In this document: positions 9,240-19,340 of the stretch, in pieces
How positions within the stretch are numbered: the first letter of the stretch is position 1
Layout of the letters: each line of letters starts with the position of its first letter
Source: Gemmatimonadaceae bacterium
Lineage (GTDB): Bacteria; Gemmatimonadota; Gemmatimonadetes; Gemmatimonadales; Gemmatimonadaceae
Direction of reading: 5' to 3'
Assembly: GCA_045803545.1 (NCBI GenBank)
Contig: JBJMOW010000004.1
Span: 1,139,819-1,203,818 of the forward strand
Length of the DNA stretch: 64,000 nucleotides
The notes under the pieces: generated by a model
The model's database searches: none
Told to the model about the DNA's origin: nothing
What the model saw: the letters and a program-made list of their open reading frames with translations, nothing else
Program-made: the position numbers and the translations under genes

Positions 9240-10421
9240 ATGCTGATCGGCGTCCCGCGCGAAATCGCGACCGGAGAACGGCGCGTCGCCCTGGTGCCCG
9301 AAGTAGTGTCGCAGCTCACCCGCGCCGGCCATCGTGTTGTCATCGAGCACGACGCCGGCCTCCGCGCGGGCTTCACTGATGATGCCTACCGTGATGCGGG
9401 TGCCGAAATCGTCGACTCGTCGAGCGAGGTCTACGCTAACTCACAGATGATCCTGAAAGTCCAGCGGCCCGGTCGCGACGCATCGAGCGGTGAAGCCGAG
9501 TTGGACATGATGCGCGATGGAAGCGTGCTGATCGGGCTGCTGCAACCGTCATCTGACCCCGCGCTTTTCCAGCAGCTGGCCGAGAGAAACATCACTGCAC
9601 TCGCCATGGAGCTGGTGCCTCGCACCACTCGAGCGCAGATGATGGACGCATTGTCTTCGCAGAGCACCGTTGCCGGCTACAAGGCAGTACTCCTCGCTGC
9701 CAACGCTCTCCAGAAATTCTTCCCAATGCTGATGACGGCTGCCGGAACAGTGCGACCCGCGCGCGTGCTCGTGATCGGTGCTGGAGTGGCAGGTTTGCAG
9801 GCGATCGCCACCGCGCGGCGCATCGGCGCAGTCGTGGAAGCCTTCGATACTCGTCCGGTGGTGAAGGAGCAGGTGAAAAGCCTCGGGGCGACGTTCGTCG
9901 AGCTCGACATGCATGACGAAGATGCGCAGGACGCCGGCGGCTATGCCAAGGAATTGAGCGCGCGACACATCCAGCGCGAGAAGGAGCTGATCCACGAGCG
10001 TGCGCTGCAGGCGGATGTCATCATCACTACCGCGCTCATCCCCGGTCGACCTGCGCCCGTCCTCGTCACCGCGGAAACCGTCAGGGCGATGCGGCCAGGC
10101 GCCGTAATTGTCGATCTTGCCGGCGAACAGGGTGGCAACTGTGAGCTGACCGTGGCCGGCGAATCGGTGGTGCGGAATGAAGTGACGATCATCGCGCCGC
10201 TCCACATCTCCAGCGATCTCGCCTATCACGCCAGTCAGATGTATGCCAAGAATCTCGGAGCGCTGATCACCCTGCTGGCGCCGAAGGCTGATCTCAACCT
10301 CAATTTCAGCGACGACATTATCGATGCGGTGACGATCGTTGCCGGCGGCGAAGTCCGACACGCTGCGACCCGTCAGCGCCTCGGTATGGCGTCTCTCACC
10401 CAAGCTGCGGGGGCGAAGTGA
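9240..10421 (+). CDS. pntAA: NAD(P) transhydrogenase subunit alpha part 1 (dI)
   Basis: IGVPRE..GERRVA, RAQMMDALSSQ, GAGVAGLQA, GGYAK and TTALIPG. Confidence 0.96.
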   Translation: MLIGVPREIATGERRVALVPEVVSQLTRAGHRVVIEHDAGLRAGFTDDAYRDAGAEIVDSSSEVYANSQMILKVQRPGRDASSGEAELDMMRDGSVLIGLLQPSSDPALFQQLAERNITALAMELVPRTTRAQMMDALSSQSTVAGYKAVLLAANALQKFFPMLMTAAGTVRPARVLVIGAGVAGLQAIATARRIGAVVEAFDTRPVVKEQVKSLGATFVELDMHDEDAQDAGGYAKELSARHIQREKELIHERALQADVIITTALIPGRPAPVLVTAETVRAMRPGAVIVDLAGEQGGNCELTVAGESVVRNEVTIIAPLHISSDLAYHASQMYAKNLGALITLLAPKADLNLNFSDDIIDAVTIVAGGEVRHAATRQRLGMASLTQAAGAK

Positions 10422-10738
10422 GTCAGGAGCTTGTACTCGGCATCTACGTCTTCATCATGGCGATCTTCGTGGGGTTTGAGGTGATCAGCCGGGTGCCATC
10501 GGTTCTGCACACGCCGCTGATGTCGGGCACGAACGCCATTCACGGTATCGTCGTTCTCGGCGCGTTTCTCGTTGCGGGATCGGCGGACACACCGCTGCTC
10601 AAGGCGCTCGGGCTCATCGCTGTCGTGTTCGGGGCAGCGAACGTGTTCGGCGGCTTCGTGGTGACCGATCGAATGCTCGAAATGTTCAAACGGCGCCAGC
10701 CGGCGCAGACCGACAACGGAGACAAGAAGAGTGCTTGA
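10418..10738 (+). CDS. pntAB: NAD(P) transhydrogenase subunit alpha part 2 (membrane)
   Basis: VPSVLHTPLMSGTNAIHG and NVFGGFVVTDRMLEMF. Confidence 0.96.
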   Translation: MSQELVLGIYVFIMAIFVGFEVISRVPSVLHTPLMSGTNAIHGIVVLGAFLVAGSADTPLLKALGLIAVVFGAANVFGGFVVTDRMLEMFKRRQPAQTDNGDKKSA

Positions 10739-12128
10739 TCTGCGCGCATCGGTGATAGCGGTCAGCTACATCGTTGCCTCCGTACTCTTCATCTTCGGCC
10801 TCAAGCAACTCAGCTCGCCATCGACGGCCCGCTCAGGCAATCGACTCGCAGCGATCGGGATGGCGCTCGCGCTCGCCGTTACACTGATTGACCGCCAGAT
10901 AATCTCTTTCTGGACGATCGCCATCGGCACGCTGATCGGCGCGGCGATGGGGATTTACTTCGGCAGAACCGTGCAGATGACAGCGATGCCTCAGATGGTG
11001 GCGCTGTTTAACGGAATGGGCGGCGCGACTGCCGCTCTCGTCTCCGTTGCCGAGTATCTGCGACTGTCGGGTCACGGCGAAGTCATTGGCGTCGGGGAAG
11101 CGACATCGATCGTGCTGGGCACTGCGATCGGCGCGATCTCGTTCACCGGCAGTATCATCGCTTTCGGCAAGTTGCAGGAGATTCTGCCGGGTAAACCGCT
11201 TCAGTTTCCCTTACAGCGGTTGGTAAACGGTATCGTGCTGATCGCCGTCATTGCTCTCGGCGCAATGGTTGTAATGGGCACACCGACGTCGACTATGTGG
11301 CTGCTCTTTGCCGCGGCGCTTCTGCTCGGCGCGATGTTCGTATTGCCTATTGGTGGCGGAGACATGCCGGTTGTGATCTCCATCCTGAACTCACTCACCG
11401 GATTGGCGGCAGCGCTTACGGGATTCGTACTGCACAATCAGATGCTCGTCGTCGCGGGCGTGCTCGTCGGCGCGTCGGGAACGCTGCTGACATTGTTGAT
11501 GAGCACCGCGATGAATCGCTCGGTGGCGAACGTGCTGTTCGGCGCGTTCGGAGCTGGTAGCAGCGTTGCCGGTGCGCAGGCTACTGCCGTAGGCCGCTCT
11601 GTCCGGCAGACGACGCCCGAGGACACTGCCATCGCGCTCGCATATGCGCGCAACGTGGTCGTCGTACCGGGCTACGGACTCGCTGTCGCGGAAGCGCAGC
11701 ACACCGTTCGTGAGCTGGCGACCGATCTGGAGAAGCGTGGCGTCAACGTTAAGTACGCAATTCATCCCGTTGCCGGCCGTATGCCGGGCCACATGAACGT
11801 GCTGCTCGCCGAGGCTAACGTGCCGTACGATCAGCTGCTGGAAATGGACCAGGTGAACGGCCAATTCCCGCAGACCGATGTCGTGCTGGTGGTTGGGGCC
11901 AACGATGTCGTGAACCCGGCTGCGCGGGACGATCCTTCCAGCCCGATCTACGGCATGCCCATTCTCGATGTCGATCTCGCGCGCAACATCATCGTGCTCA
12001 AGCGAAGCATGGGTCACGGCTTCGCCGGAATCGACAACGCGCTCTTCTACCACGAGAAGACGCGAATGCTGTTTGGCGACGCTCGGAAGTCGCTGACGGA
12101 AATCGAGCAGGCGCTCAAAACGGCGTAA
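10731..12128 (+). CDS. pntB: NAD(P) transhydrogenase subunit beta
   Basis: MTAMPQMVA, GGDMPVVIS, VPGYGLAVA, HPVAGRMPGHMNVLLAEA and GANDVVNPAA. Confidence 0.97.
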   Translation: MLDLRASVIAVSYIVASVLFIFGLKQLSSPSTARSGNRLAAIGMALALAVTLIDRQIISFWTIAIGTLIGAAMGIYFGRTVQMTAMPQMVALFNGMGGATAALVSVAEYLRLSGHGEVIGVGEATSIVLGTAIGAISFTGSIIAFGKLQEILPGKPLQFPLQRLVNGIVLIAVIALGAMVVMGTPTSTMWLLFAAALLLGAMFVLPIGGGDMPVVISILNSLTGLAAALTGFVLHNQMLVVAGVLVGASGTLLTLLMSTAMNRSVANVLFGAFGAGSSVAGAQATAVGRSVRQTTPEDTAIALAYARNVVVVPGYGLAVAEAQHTVRELATDLEKRGVNVKYAIHPVAGRMPGHMNVLLAEANVPYDQLLEMDQVNGQFPQTDVVLVVGANDVVNPAARDDPSSPIYGMPILDVDLARNIIVLKRSMGHGFAGIDNALFYHEKTRMLFGDARKSLTEIEQALKTA

Positions 12129-12131
12129 CCC

Positions 12132-13604
12132 GTGAGAGTCCTGACCGGGTTCGCCATGCTGTTTGCTCTGCTCGGTGTGGCTGCTTTCAGCGGCAGTGGC
12201 CGTAGTGCTCCCGCCCGTCAGGGAACTTCAACTGTCATTATCGACGGCGTGTCCGTTGTTGATGTGGTGCGCGGCGTCGTGCGCGCGCAGATGCGCGTGG
12301 TGATACGCAACACCCGCATCGTCAGCATCGAGCGCGCACCTCGTACTGCGCTGCCGCCGCCCGCAGACACCGTGATCGATGGTCGCGGAAAGTTTTTGAT
12401 TCCCGGCTTGTGGGACATGCACGTCCACATCGACACGACGGAAGCGTGGTTCTTTCCGCTGGCGATTGCTGCCGGTGTGACGTCTGTGCGCGACATGGGT
12501 GGGTTGCTGTCGCGCGTGCGTCGGTGGAAGCAGCCGTCCGCGCCCGGAGCGTTGCGTCCAACGATTATTGCCGCCGGTCCGCTGGTTACCGGCCCTGTTA
12601 CCGATACTGATTCGCGACTCGTGCGCGTGGCCAACGCGGTGCAGGGGCGGCGTGTCGTCGATACGCTCCTCGATCGCGGCGTCGATTTCATCAAGGTCCA
12701 CGACTGGCTGGGTCGGGACGCGTATCTCGCTGTGGCCGCGGAAGCGCGCGCGCGTGGCTCCTACATAGCTGGCCACCTGCCGATTGCCGTTGATCCAATC
12801 GACGCGGTCCGCGCTCGACAGCGCAGCATCGAACACATGGGCAGCGGCTGGTCCGGACTGCTCCTCTTTGCGTCTGGCGATCGCAGGGTGATCGACTCAG
12901 TCAGCAAGTGGGCAAACGTCGCGGCCGGTACTACTGACCTGATGAAGCACTTCACGCGCTCGTGGCAGCGACGTTTAGCGGACTCCTTCAGTCCTGCTCG
13001 GGCGAGGTCATTGTGCAGTACGCTTGCCGGCGGGCGGGTGTGGCTCACGCCAACCACGTACTTCTCCGCGTATCTCACCCTCATGCCTTTGAACGCCGCA
13101 CTGCTGAGGGATCCGCGACTGAACTACTTACCGCCGTCGGTTCGCGATCTCGCTCCAGAGGTCGTGCCGGCTGATCGTTTTTCACGCGCCTCGCGAACGA
13201 GCCCGAATATCGGTGTCTACGAAACGCGCGCGAGGCTGATCCGAATTTGTCGTGACCAGGGAGTACAATTCCTCGCCGGCACCGACGTCGGTCCCTACAG
13301 CCCGATGATTCCTGGATTCTCCCTGCACGACGAGCTCGAGCGGTTCGTCGCCGACGGCTTCACTCCCATCCAGGCTCTGCGCACGGCGACCATCAACCCC
13401 GCGCGGTTTTTCAACGCCGCTGACACCCTTGGTTCCGTCGCTCCGGGCAAGCGCGCTGACCTCGTGCTCCTGGATGCAAACCCGCTGACGAACATCAACA
13501 ACATCCGTCGCATCAACGCCGTCATACTCAACGGAATCCTGATAGATCAGGCTCACCGACAGCAGATGCTCGACTCTTTGTCAGCGAGATTCGCGACACA
13601 CTGA
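12132..13604 (+). CDS. secreted metal-dependent amidohydrolase
   Basis: Signal peptide, LIPGLWDMHVH, FIKVH, AGH, SIEH, AGTD and GKRADLVLLDANPL. Confidence 0.88.
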   Translation: MRVLTGFAMLFALLGVAAFSGSGRSAPARQGTSTVIIDGVSVVDVVRGVVRAQMRVVIRNTRIVSIERAPRTALPPPADTVIDGRGKFLIPGLWDMHVHIDTTEAWFFPLAIAAGVTSVRDMGGLLSRVRRWKQPSAPGALRPTIIAAGPLVTGPVTDTDSRLVRVANAVQGRRVVDTLLDRGVDFIKVHDWLGRDAYLAVAAEARARGSYIAGHLPIAVDPIDAVRARQRSIEHMGSGWSGLLLFASGDRRVIDSVSKWANVAAGTTDLMKHFTRSWQRRLADSFSPARARSLCSTLAGGRVWLTPTTYFSAYLTLMPLNAALLRDPRLNYLPPSVRDLAPEVVPADRFSRASRTSPNIGVYETRARLIRICRDQGVQFLAGTDVGPYSPMIPGFSLHDELERFVADGFTPIQALRTATINPARFFNAADTLGSVAPGKRADLVLLDANPLTNINNIRRINAVILNGILIDQAHRQQMLDSLSARFATH

Positions 13605-13607
13605 GAA

Positions 13608-13681
13608 TGCGCGCGGCGGGACTCGAACCCACGACCTTCGGCTCCGGAGGCCGACGCTCTATCCAACTGAGCTACGCGCGC
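13608..13681 (-). tRNA. tRNA-Arg(CCG)
   Basis: Cloverleaf GCGCGCGTAGCTCAGTTGGATAGAGC...TCGGC-CT-CCG-GA-GCCGA...GGTTCGAGTCC; CCA not encoded. Confidence 0.97.
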
Positions 13682-13714
13682 AAAAAAAACACTAGGAGGA
13701 ATTAACTTCCTCTG

Positions 13715-15157
13715 ATGACACCAGCAAAACGAAAGATAACGGTCCTGCCAGGTGATGGAATCGGCCCCGAAGTCGTCGATTCCGCCCTCGCCATCATAGA
13801 GGCAACAAATATCCCGCTCGAATTCGAGAAATGCGAAGCGGGCGCTCGAGTGTTCCAGACAGGAATCCCTACCGGCATCCCCAAAGAGACCATCGACTCC
13901 ATCGGGCGCAATAAGGTCGTCCTGAAAGGACCGCTCGAGACGCCAATCGGCTATGGCAATCGTAGCGCCAACGTCACTCTCCGGGCGTTGTTCGAAACCT
14001 ACGGCAACATTCGGCCGGTCCGTGAGCTTCCCGGCGTTCAAACAGCGTTTACCGGCCGCGCACTCGACATCGTCATCGTGCGCGAGAACGTCGAGGACCT
14101 TTACGCCGGCATCGAGTATATGCAGACGCCGGGAGTCGCCGAGAGCCTGAAGCTGATTTCGCGCGAAGGCTGCGAGAAGATCGTCAAGCTTGCGTTCAGC
14201 TACGCCGTCGCCGAAGGACGAAAGGCCGTCCACTGCGCGACGAAGTCGAACATCCTCAAGCTCACCGAGGGCTTGCTTCAGCACACCTTCGAGGAAATCG
14301 CGCCGCAGTATCCGCAGATTGTCTCGAAGCACATTTTGATCGATAACGCCGCGCACCAATTGGCGATGCGTCCCGAGCAGTTCGACGTCATCGTCACCAC
14401 CAACATGAATGGCGACATCCTCAGCGATCTGACGTCCGGCCTCACCGGTGGGCTTGGCTTTGCTCCGTCGGCGAACATCGGGAACGATGTCTCGATTTTC
14501 GAGGCGGTGCACGGCTCGGCGCCAGACATCGCCGGTAAGAACAAAGCCAATCCGACCGCGCTCGTCCTCAGCGCGGCGATGATGCTCCGTCACCTTGGCG
14601 AAGGGAAAGCGGCGAACGACGTCGAGCAGGCAGTGCTGGTCAGTCTCGAGAGCGGGATTCGCACCAGCGACATGATGGGAACTGCCAAGCCCGCGACGAC
14701 TTCAGAATTCACCCAGGCGATTATATCGAACCTCGGCAAGACGTCGAAGTTGAGCCCTCCCAAGAAATACACGAGCGTTGACCTACCGCCCCACCATCCG
14801 GGCGTGAACGCGGTGCCCGCCAGGAGCAGGCGGTTGACCGGTCTCGATGTCTACATCGAGTCCACTCTCGAGCCGGCCCAGCTCGCCTCCGGTCTCGACG
14901 AGTCAATGTCATCATCGCCGCTCAAGCTGGAGATGATCACCAACCGCGGGGCGATCGTGTTCCCGTCGAGTGGTCGCCGCGTTTCGCTGGTAGACCACTA
15001 CCGCTGTCGCTTTGTCCTGCGTGATGGCGAGACCAGACTAGGCGATGAAGAGATACTCTCTCTACTCTCTACTCTCGGCCGCTCGCACCGCTGGATGCAC
15101 GTTGAGAAGCTGCAGGAGTTCGATGGAGAGGCGGCGTACTCCAAGTCGCAGGTTTAA
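13715..15157 (+). CDS. icd: isocitrate dehydrogenase (probably NADP-dependent, long C-terminal type)
   Basis: PGDGIGPE, LKGPLETP, SANVTLR, RENVEDLY, KSNILK, NMNGDILSD, FEAVHGSAPDIAG and C-terminal MITNRG...DHYRCRF...YSKSQ domain. Confidence 0.93.
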   Translation: MTPAKRKITVLPGDGIGPEVVDSALAIIEATNIPLEFEKCEAGARVFQTGIPTGIPKETIDSIGRNKVVLKGPLETPIGYGNRSANVTLRALFETYGNIRPVRELPGVQTAFTGRALDIVIVRENVEDLYAGIEYMQTPGVAESLKLISREGCEKIVKLAFSYAVAEGRKAVHCATKSNILKLTEGLLQHTFEEIAPQYPQIVSKHILIDNAAHQLAMRPEQFDVIVTTNMNGDILSDLTSGLTGGLGFAPSANIGNDVSIFEAVHGSAPDIAGKNKANPTALVLSAAMMLRHLGEGKAANDVEQAVLVSLESGIRTSDMMGTAKPATTSEFTQAIISNLGKTSKLSPPKKYTSVDLPPHHPGVNAVPARSRRLTGLDVYIESTLEPAQLASGLDESMSSSPLKLEMITNRGAIVFPSSGRRVSLVDHYRCRFVLRDGETRLGDEEILSLLSTLGRSHRWMHVEKLQEFDGEAAYSKSQV

Positions 15158-15176
15158 CAAAACCTAAGAGGTACCG

Positions 15177-16928
15177 ATGTCAGCTACGCTAGACCGGCGC
15201 TCGTTCATGACCTACTTCTCCGGCGTCGGATTGACTTCAACGTTATTTCCGGGTGTGCTCTGGGCGAAGCTGGCGGGCGGCGCTGACATTACCGTCGACA
15301 CCATCGCCAGCGCCGAAGAAGTGGCGGGACTGCACTTCGATCCGCAGGAGCGCGAGTTGATGCTGGACGGATTGAAACAGCAGGAACAACGCATCGAAGC
15401 GCTGCACAAGATCCCGCTGGATAACTCCGTTAGCCCCGCAATCAAGTTCGACCCACTGCCGCCGGGCAAGTTGCTCACGCCGATGGCACACCGACCAATG
15501 CGAAGATCGAAAGTCGCGGATCGCGCAACCCCCGCGAATCTCGACGAGCTGGCGTTCCTGCCGGTGAGCGAGCTCTCTGAGCTCCTGCGGCGTCGACGTG
15601 TTACCTCGACGCAGCTGACGCAGATGTACGTTGCACGCCTCAAAAAGTACGATCCCGTTTTGCACTGCGTGATCTCTCTCACCGAGGAGCGCGCACTCAA
15701 GCAGGCTGCCGCCGCCGACGCTGAGATCAGTCGCGGCCACTACCGAGGTCCACTACACGGGATTCCGTGGGGCGCCAAGGACCTCCTCGCCGTGCGCGGC
15801 TACAAGACGACCTGGGGCGCTGGCCCATTCAAGGACCAGGTCATCGACACCGACGCCACCGTCGTCCAACGTCTCGATGATGCCGGCGCAGTTCTGATCG
15901 CCAAGCTCACGCTGGGCGAGTTGGCCCAGGGCGATATCTGGTTTGGTGCGACTACCAGGAATCCCTGGAAAGTGGATCAGGGCTCGAGCGGATCATCGGC
16001 AGGTCCAGCCTCCGCGACCGCCGCCGGCCTCGTTGGATTTTCGATCGGCAGCGAGACACTCGGCTCGATTTCGTCGCCATCAACCCGCTGCGGCACCACG
16101 GGACTCCGCCCGACCTTTGGCCGTGTTCCGCGGACGGGCGCGATGGCGCTGTCGTGGACTATGGACAAGCTCGGCCCCATTTGCCGAAGCGTGGAAGACT
16201 GCGCGTTGGTCCTGGATGCGATCTATGGCCCGGATGGAAAGGACAACACCGTCATCCCCGCCGACTATCACTGGAACGCGCACCTTTCGCCTGCCTCGCT
16301 CCGCGTTGGATACGTGAAGTCGGCTTTCGATTTGCCACAGCTCGATCCCGCGGATGCAAAGCGCACGCTGCACGCGACAAAAAACTTCGATGACCCTGCG
16401 CTGGATGTCCTGCGGCGAATGGGGATCCATCTGATTGCTGTCGATTTGCCCGACGTTCCCTACGACGCGATGCGCATCATCCTGAGCGCAGAAGCAGCCG
16501 CATCGTTCGACGAGCTCACGCGCACCGATCGCGACAAGGAGTTGGTCCAACAAGGCAAGTTCGATTGGCCGAACTCGTTCAGAACATCGCGGTTCATCCC
16601 GGCTGTCGACTATGTGAATGCCAACCGTGTGCGCACGATTGCAATTCAGAAGTGGGATGATTTAATGCGAACGGTGGACGTCATCGTGACGCCCACCGGT
16701 GCTGCTAACCTTTCTCAGCTCGTCGCGACCAATCTCACCGGACATCCAGCGGTCATCCTTCCCAATGGTTTCCGCGATGATGGTACTCCGGTCTCGCTGA
16801 CTTTCCTCGGCGGACTATTCGAGGAGGCGAAGCTGCTGGCGGTGGCGAAAGCGTATCAGGATGCCACAGGCTTTCACCTGCGGCATCCCGTCGTACCACT
16901 CACGGCGACAGAGAAAACTCCAGCTTGA
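15177..16928 (+). CDS. amidase signature family protein, Tat-type signal
   Basis: DRRSF Tat motif; GPLHGIPWGAKDL, GSSGSSAG and GSETLGSI (Lys-cisSer-Ser triad). Confidence 0.92.
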   Translation: MSATLDRRSFMTYFSGVGLTSTLFPGVLWAKLAGGADITVDTIASAEEVAGLHFDPQERELMLDGLKQQEQRIEALHKIPLDNSVSPAIKFDPLPPGKLLTPMAHRPMRRSKVADRATPANLDELAFLPVSELSELLRRRRVTSTQLTQMYVARLKKYDPVLHCVISLTEERALKQAAAADAEISRGHYRGPLHGIPWGAKDLLAVRGYKTTWGAGPFKDQVIDTDATVVQRLDDAGAVLIAKLTLGELAQGDIWFGATTRNPWKVDQGSSGSSAGPASATAAGLVGFSIGSETLGSISSPSTRCGTTGLRPTFGRVPRTGAMALSWTMDKLGPICRSVEDCALVLDAIYGPDGKDNTVIPADYHWNAHLSPASLRVGYVKSAFDLPQLDPADAKRTLHATKNFDDPALDVLRRMGIHLIAVDLPDVPYDAMRIILSAEAAASFDELTRTDRDKELVQQGKFDWPNSFRTSRFIPAVDYVNANRVRTIAIQKWDDLMRTVDVIVTPTGAANLSQLVATNLTGHPAVILPNGFRDDGTPVSLTFLGGLFEEAKLLAVAKAYQDATGFHLRHPVVPLTATEKTPA

Positions 16929-17664
16929 CGTAAGCGGCGTTATCCCGGCCGCTTGTAAAGGACGGTCCCGAGCCTCCCACCGTTTTCCATCCGCCGGCGA
17001 GCGTCGTTCTGAAATTGGGCGTCCAGCCGTACTCGAACGTCGGACCCACCTGGAACGAGTTGCTGGTATTGCCGTTGAGACCGCCGCCCTGGCCGACCAA
17101 CTCTGCGCCGATGCGGGCAGGGTGCGACCGGGAGTTGCCGAAAGGTACGGATGCGCGACCTCGCGCCCATACGTAGTGGCTGCCGAAGTTGTAGTTCGAC
17201 AGCAGCTGGGTGCGAAGCGCCCGACGCCCTGATCCGTTCGAGTAAGCGCCGAAGCTCGCGGTGGCACCGCTCTTACCACCGCTCTCTGCGCCGGGCGCGG
17301 CCGGGTTCTCGTTACTGACCCACGTGTAACCACCACCGAACGACACACCGCCGCTGCGTCCGGCGTATGCAAGCCCTACCGTGGGCGAGATCGCCTTCAG
17401 ATTCGACGTCACATCCACCGACTGAATGGGGCGATAGTGAAGCAGGTATCCGTTGACATTGAGGTACGGAGACCAGCCCAGGCCCCCCATCCCAACGTAC
17501 AGGCCCAACAGATAAAACTGGCTGTGCCTGGTATCGAGCTCAGTGGATCCGTAAAGGGTCGGATGAAGCTGGCGCGTCTGCGCTTTTGCGGCAGGCGCAA
17601 ACGCAGTCAGTCCAGTAAATGTCACCAGCGCGAGTACCGCGTTCCGATGTTTGTTCAGTTGCAT
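16900..17664 (-). CDS. outer-membrane beta-barrel protein, BcsS-like (tentative)
   Basis: Sec signal (AKA|Q), alternating aromatic/Gly beta strands, IGAELVGQG...FQVGPTFEY and terminal AYVKLEF strand. BcsS resemblance judged by eye. Confidence 0.55.
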   Translation of the reverse strand: MQLNKHRNAVLALVTFTGLTAFAPAAKAQTRQLHPTLYGSTELDTRHSQFYLLGLYVGMGGLGWSPYLNVNGYLLHYRPIQSVDVTSNLKAISPTVGLAYAGRSGGVSFGGGYTWVSNENPAAPGAESGGKSGATASFGAYSNGSGRRALRTQLLSNYNFGSHYVWARGRASVPFGNSRSHPARIGAELVGQGGGLNGNTSNSFQVGPTFEYGWTPNFRTTLAGGWKTVGGSGPSFTSGRDNAAYVKLEFSLSP

Positions 17665-17875
17665 ATTCTTCTCTCGGTTTAGTGGTGCCTTCGGCTCACT
17701 GCATCGCCAGTTTTCGAGAATTTCTCGTCGGCCGGAAGCGTCACAGCATCTGTGCATGAGCCCGGGTACGGGTATGCCAGATTCGTACCTTTGCTGGCTT
17801 TTTTTCCCCGCTGCCGCCTTACAATTTGCCGGTGGCGAAGCGTCGAAAGCGTTGCCAGATAATCACCTAGGCAGG

Positions 17876-17891
17876 CGGCAGAATTCCTGCA
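17876..17891 (+). promoter_or_regulatory. possible sigma54 -24/-12 promoter of the DUF3131 gene
   Basis: cGGCAGAATTCCTGCA has GG-N10-GC spacing about 35 bp upstream of the ATG; partial consensus only. Confidence 0.3.
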
Positions 17892-17925
17892 TCGCGAGGC
17901 ACCACACGTAGTCCACTACCTGACA

Positions 17926-19269
17926 ATGCGATTCCAAAGCCTTGCTTGCAGCCTCGTATTGATTGGTTTGGTCGCCTCAGCGAGCACCGCCGAGGCCCAA
18001 AGCAAATCCAAGAAAAAGGCGACGCGCACGACCAGAACAACTACCAGAAAGCCGGCGCCGGAGCCGGTACCCGCGCGCATCGACTCGACGCTGGCTACTT
18101 CGCCAATCGCCGCAGCTGCCGTCGCCGACGAGCGCCAGCTCTTCATGAACGCCGCGCGCGGCGCGTGGGCATTCGTCGAGCGGAATTACCAGTCGTCAAC
18201 CGGCCTCGCTCGGGCTCACGACACTTATCAGTACGTCACGTTGTGGGACGTCGCGAGCGCACTTGCCGCTACTTACTCCGCGCACGAGCTCGGCATGATC
18301 TCCGATGCACCGTTCAATCAGAGGATGCAGCGCGCCCTGGCCACACTGGGCTCCATGGACCTCTTCGACGGGGCGGCGTTCAACAAATCGTATGATTCCC
18401 GGACTGGCCGGATGATCGATCGCGAACAGCGTCTTTCTTCGAAAGGATATGGATGGTCTACGACGGATATCGGCAGGCTGTTGATCTGGCTGCGCATCAT
18501 CGCCGTGAATCAGCCCCAGTTCGCGCAGCAAACGACTGCAATCGTCCGACGTCTCAACGTGCCGCGGATGATCGCCAACGGTTATCTGCAGGGGAGCGAT
18601 CTCGATCCGCAGACGGGCCAGCTTCGCGTTTATCCGGAGGGTCGCATCGGATACGAGCAGTACGCCGCCGCCGGTCTCGCACTCTGGGGGTACCGCGCCG
18701 ATAAAGCGCTCGACGCCAGTTTGAATGCGCTGCCCGTCAACGTGCTCGGCGTTTCAATCGTCGCCGATAAGCGCGGCGACGAGAGAGTCACCAGCGAGCC
18801 GTACATTATGATGGGGATGGAGACCGGCTGGTATTCGCCGGAACTTCGCGAGCAGGCCTGGCGCGTACTCGCGGCACAGGAAGCACGTTACAGGAGCACG
18901 GGCACACTGACCATGGTGAGCGAGGACGCCCTCCCTGATCCGCCATACTATTTCTATTACTACAACGTGTATCGACAGGGACGTGCGTTCACAGTGGACG
19001 CGCCGGCAGGATCAGGCTATACGGATCGGCCGCGCTGGCTTAGCTCAAAGGCCGCGTACGCATGGCATGCGCTTTTGCCGAGTCCGTACACCCTTGCCGT
19101 AGTGCAGGCCGTCCAGGGCGCGATGATGCCCGGACGTGGTTGGGGCGCTGGAGTCTACGAGGGCACGCTGCGGCCAACTGGGGACGCGAGTCTGAACACT
19201 GCCGCGCTGATCCTCGAGGCGGCATGCTACAACCTGCGGGGCCATCCATTCCTGAGGACCAACCTCTAG
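17926..19269 (+). CDS. DUF3131 family secreted protein (putative (alpha/alpha)6 beta-glucan-active enzyme)
   Basis: AWAFVERNYQSSTGL, TLWDVAS, FNKSYD, GWSTTDIGRLLIWL, GRIGYEQYAA, TSEPY and NTAALILE match my recollection of DUF3131; signal peptide present. Confidence 0.8.
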   Translation: MRFQSLACSLVLIGLVASASTAEAQSKSKKKATRTTRTTTRKPAPEPVPARIDSTLATSPIAAAAVADERQLFMNAARGAWAFVERNYQSSTGLARAHDTYQYVTLWDVASALAATYSAHELGMISDAPFNQRMQRALATLGSMDLFDGAAFNKSYDSRTGRMIDREQRLSSKGYGWSTTDIGRLLIWLRIIAVNQPQFAQQTTAIVRRLNVPRMIANGYLQGSDLDPQTGQLRVYPEGRIGYEQYAAAGLALWGYRADKALDASLNALPVNVLGVSIVADKRGDERVTSEPYIMMGMETGWYSPELREQAWRVLAAQEARYRSTGTLTMVSEDALPDPPYYFYYYNVYRQGRAFTVDAPAGSGYTDRPRWLSSKAAYAWHALLPSPYTLAVVQAVQGAMMPGRGWGAGVYEGTLRPTGDASLNTAALILEAACYNLRGHPFLRTNL

Positions 19270-19290
19270 ATGATCCTACCCGACAAGAAC

Positions 19291-19326
19291 AAAAAAACGC
19301 CGGAGCGACTCGCTCCGGCGTTTTTT
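19291..19326. terminator. bidirectional intrinsic terminator
   Basis: A7-cgccggagcga-c-tcgctccggcg-T6 between convergent genes. Confidence 0.9.
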
Positions 19327-19340
19327 CCCGTGTCGTAATT

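Noticed and set aside
13553..14593. 346-aa ORF antisense to icd (similar shadows over rho, pntAA, atpA, atpD, the susC genes, 25192-26379 and 29321-30430)
   Set aside because: Typical stop-poor antisense frames of high-GC coding DNA; this one also runs through a tRNA.
17765..17780. CTGGCATACCCGTACC as a sigma54 promoter for the BcsS-like gene (also TGGCACAACGCGTTC near 20647-20661)
   Set aside because: The -24 element is good but the -12 GC is missing at the required spacing.
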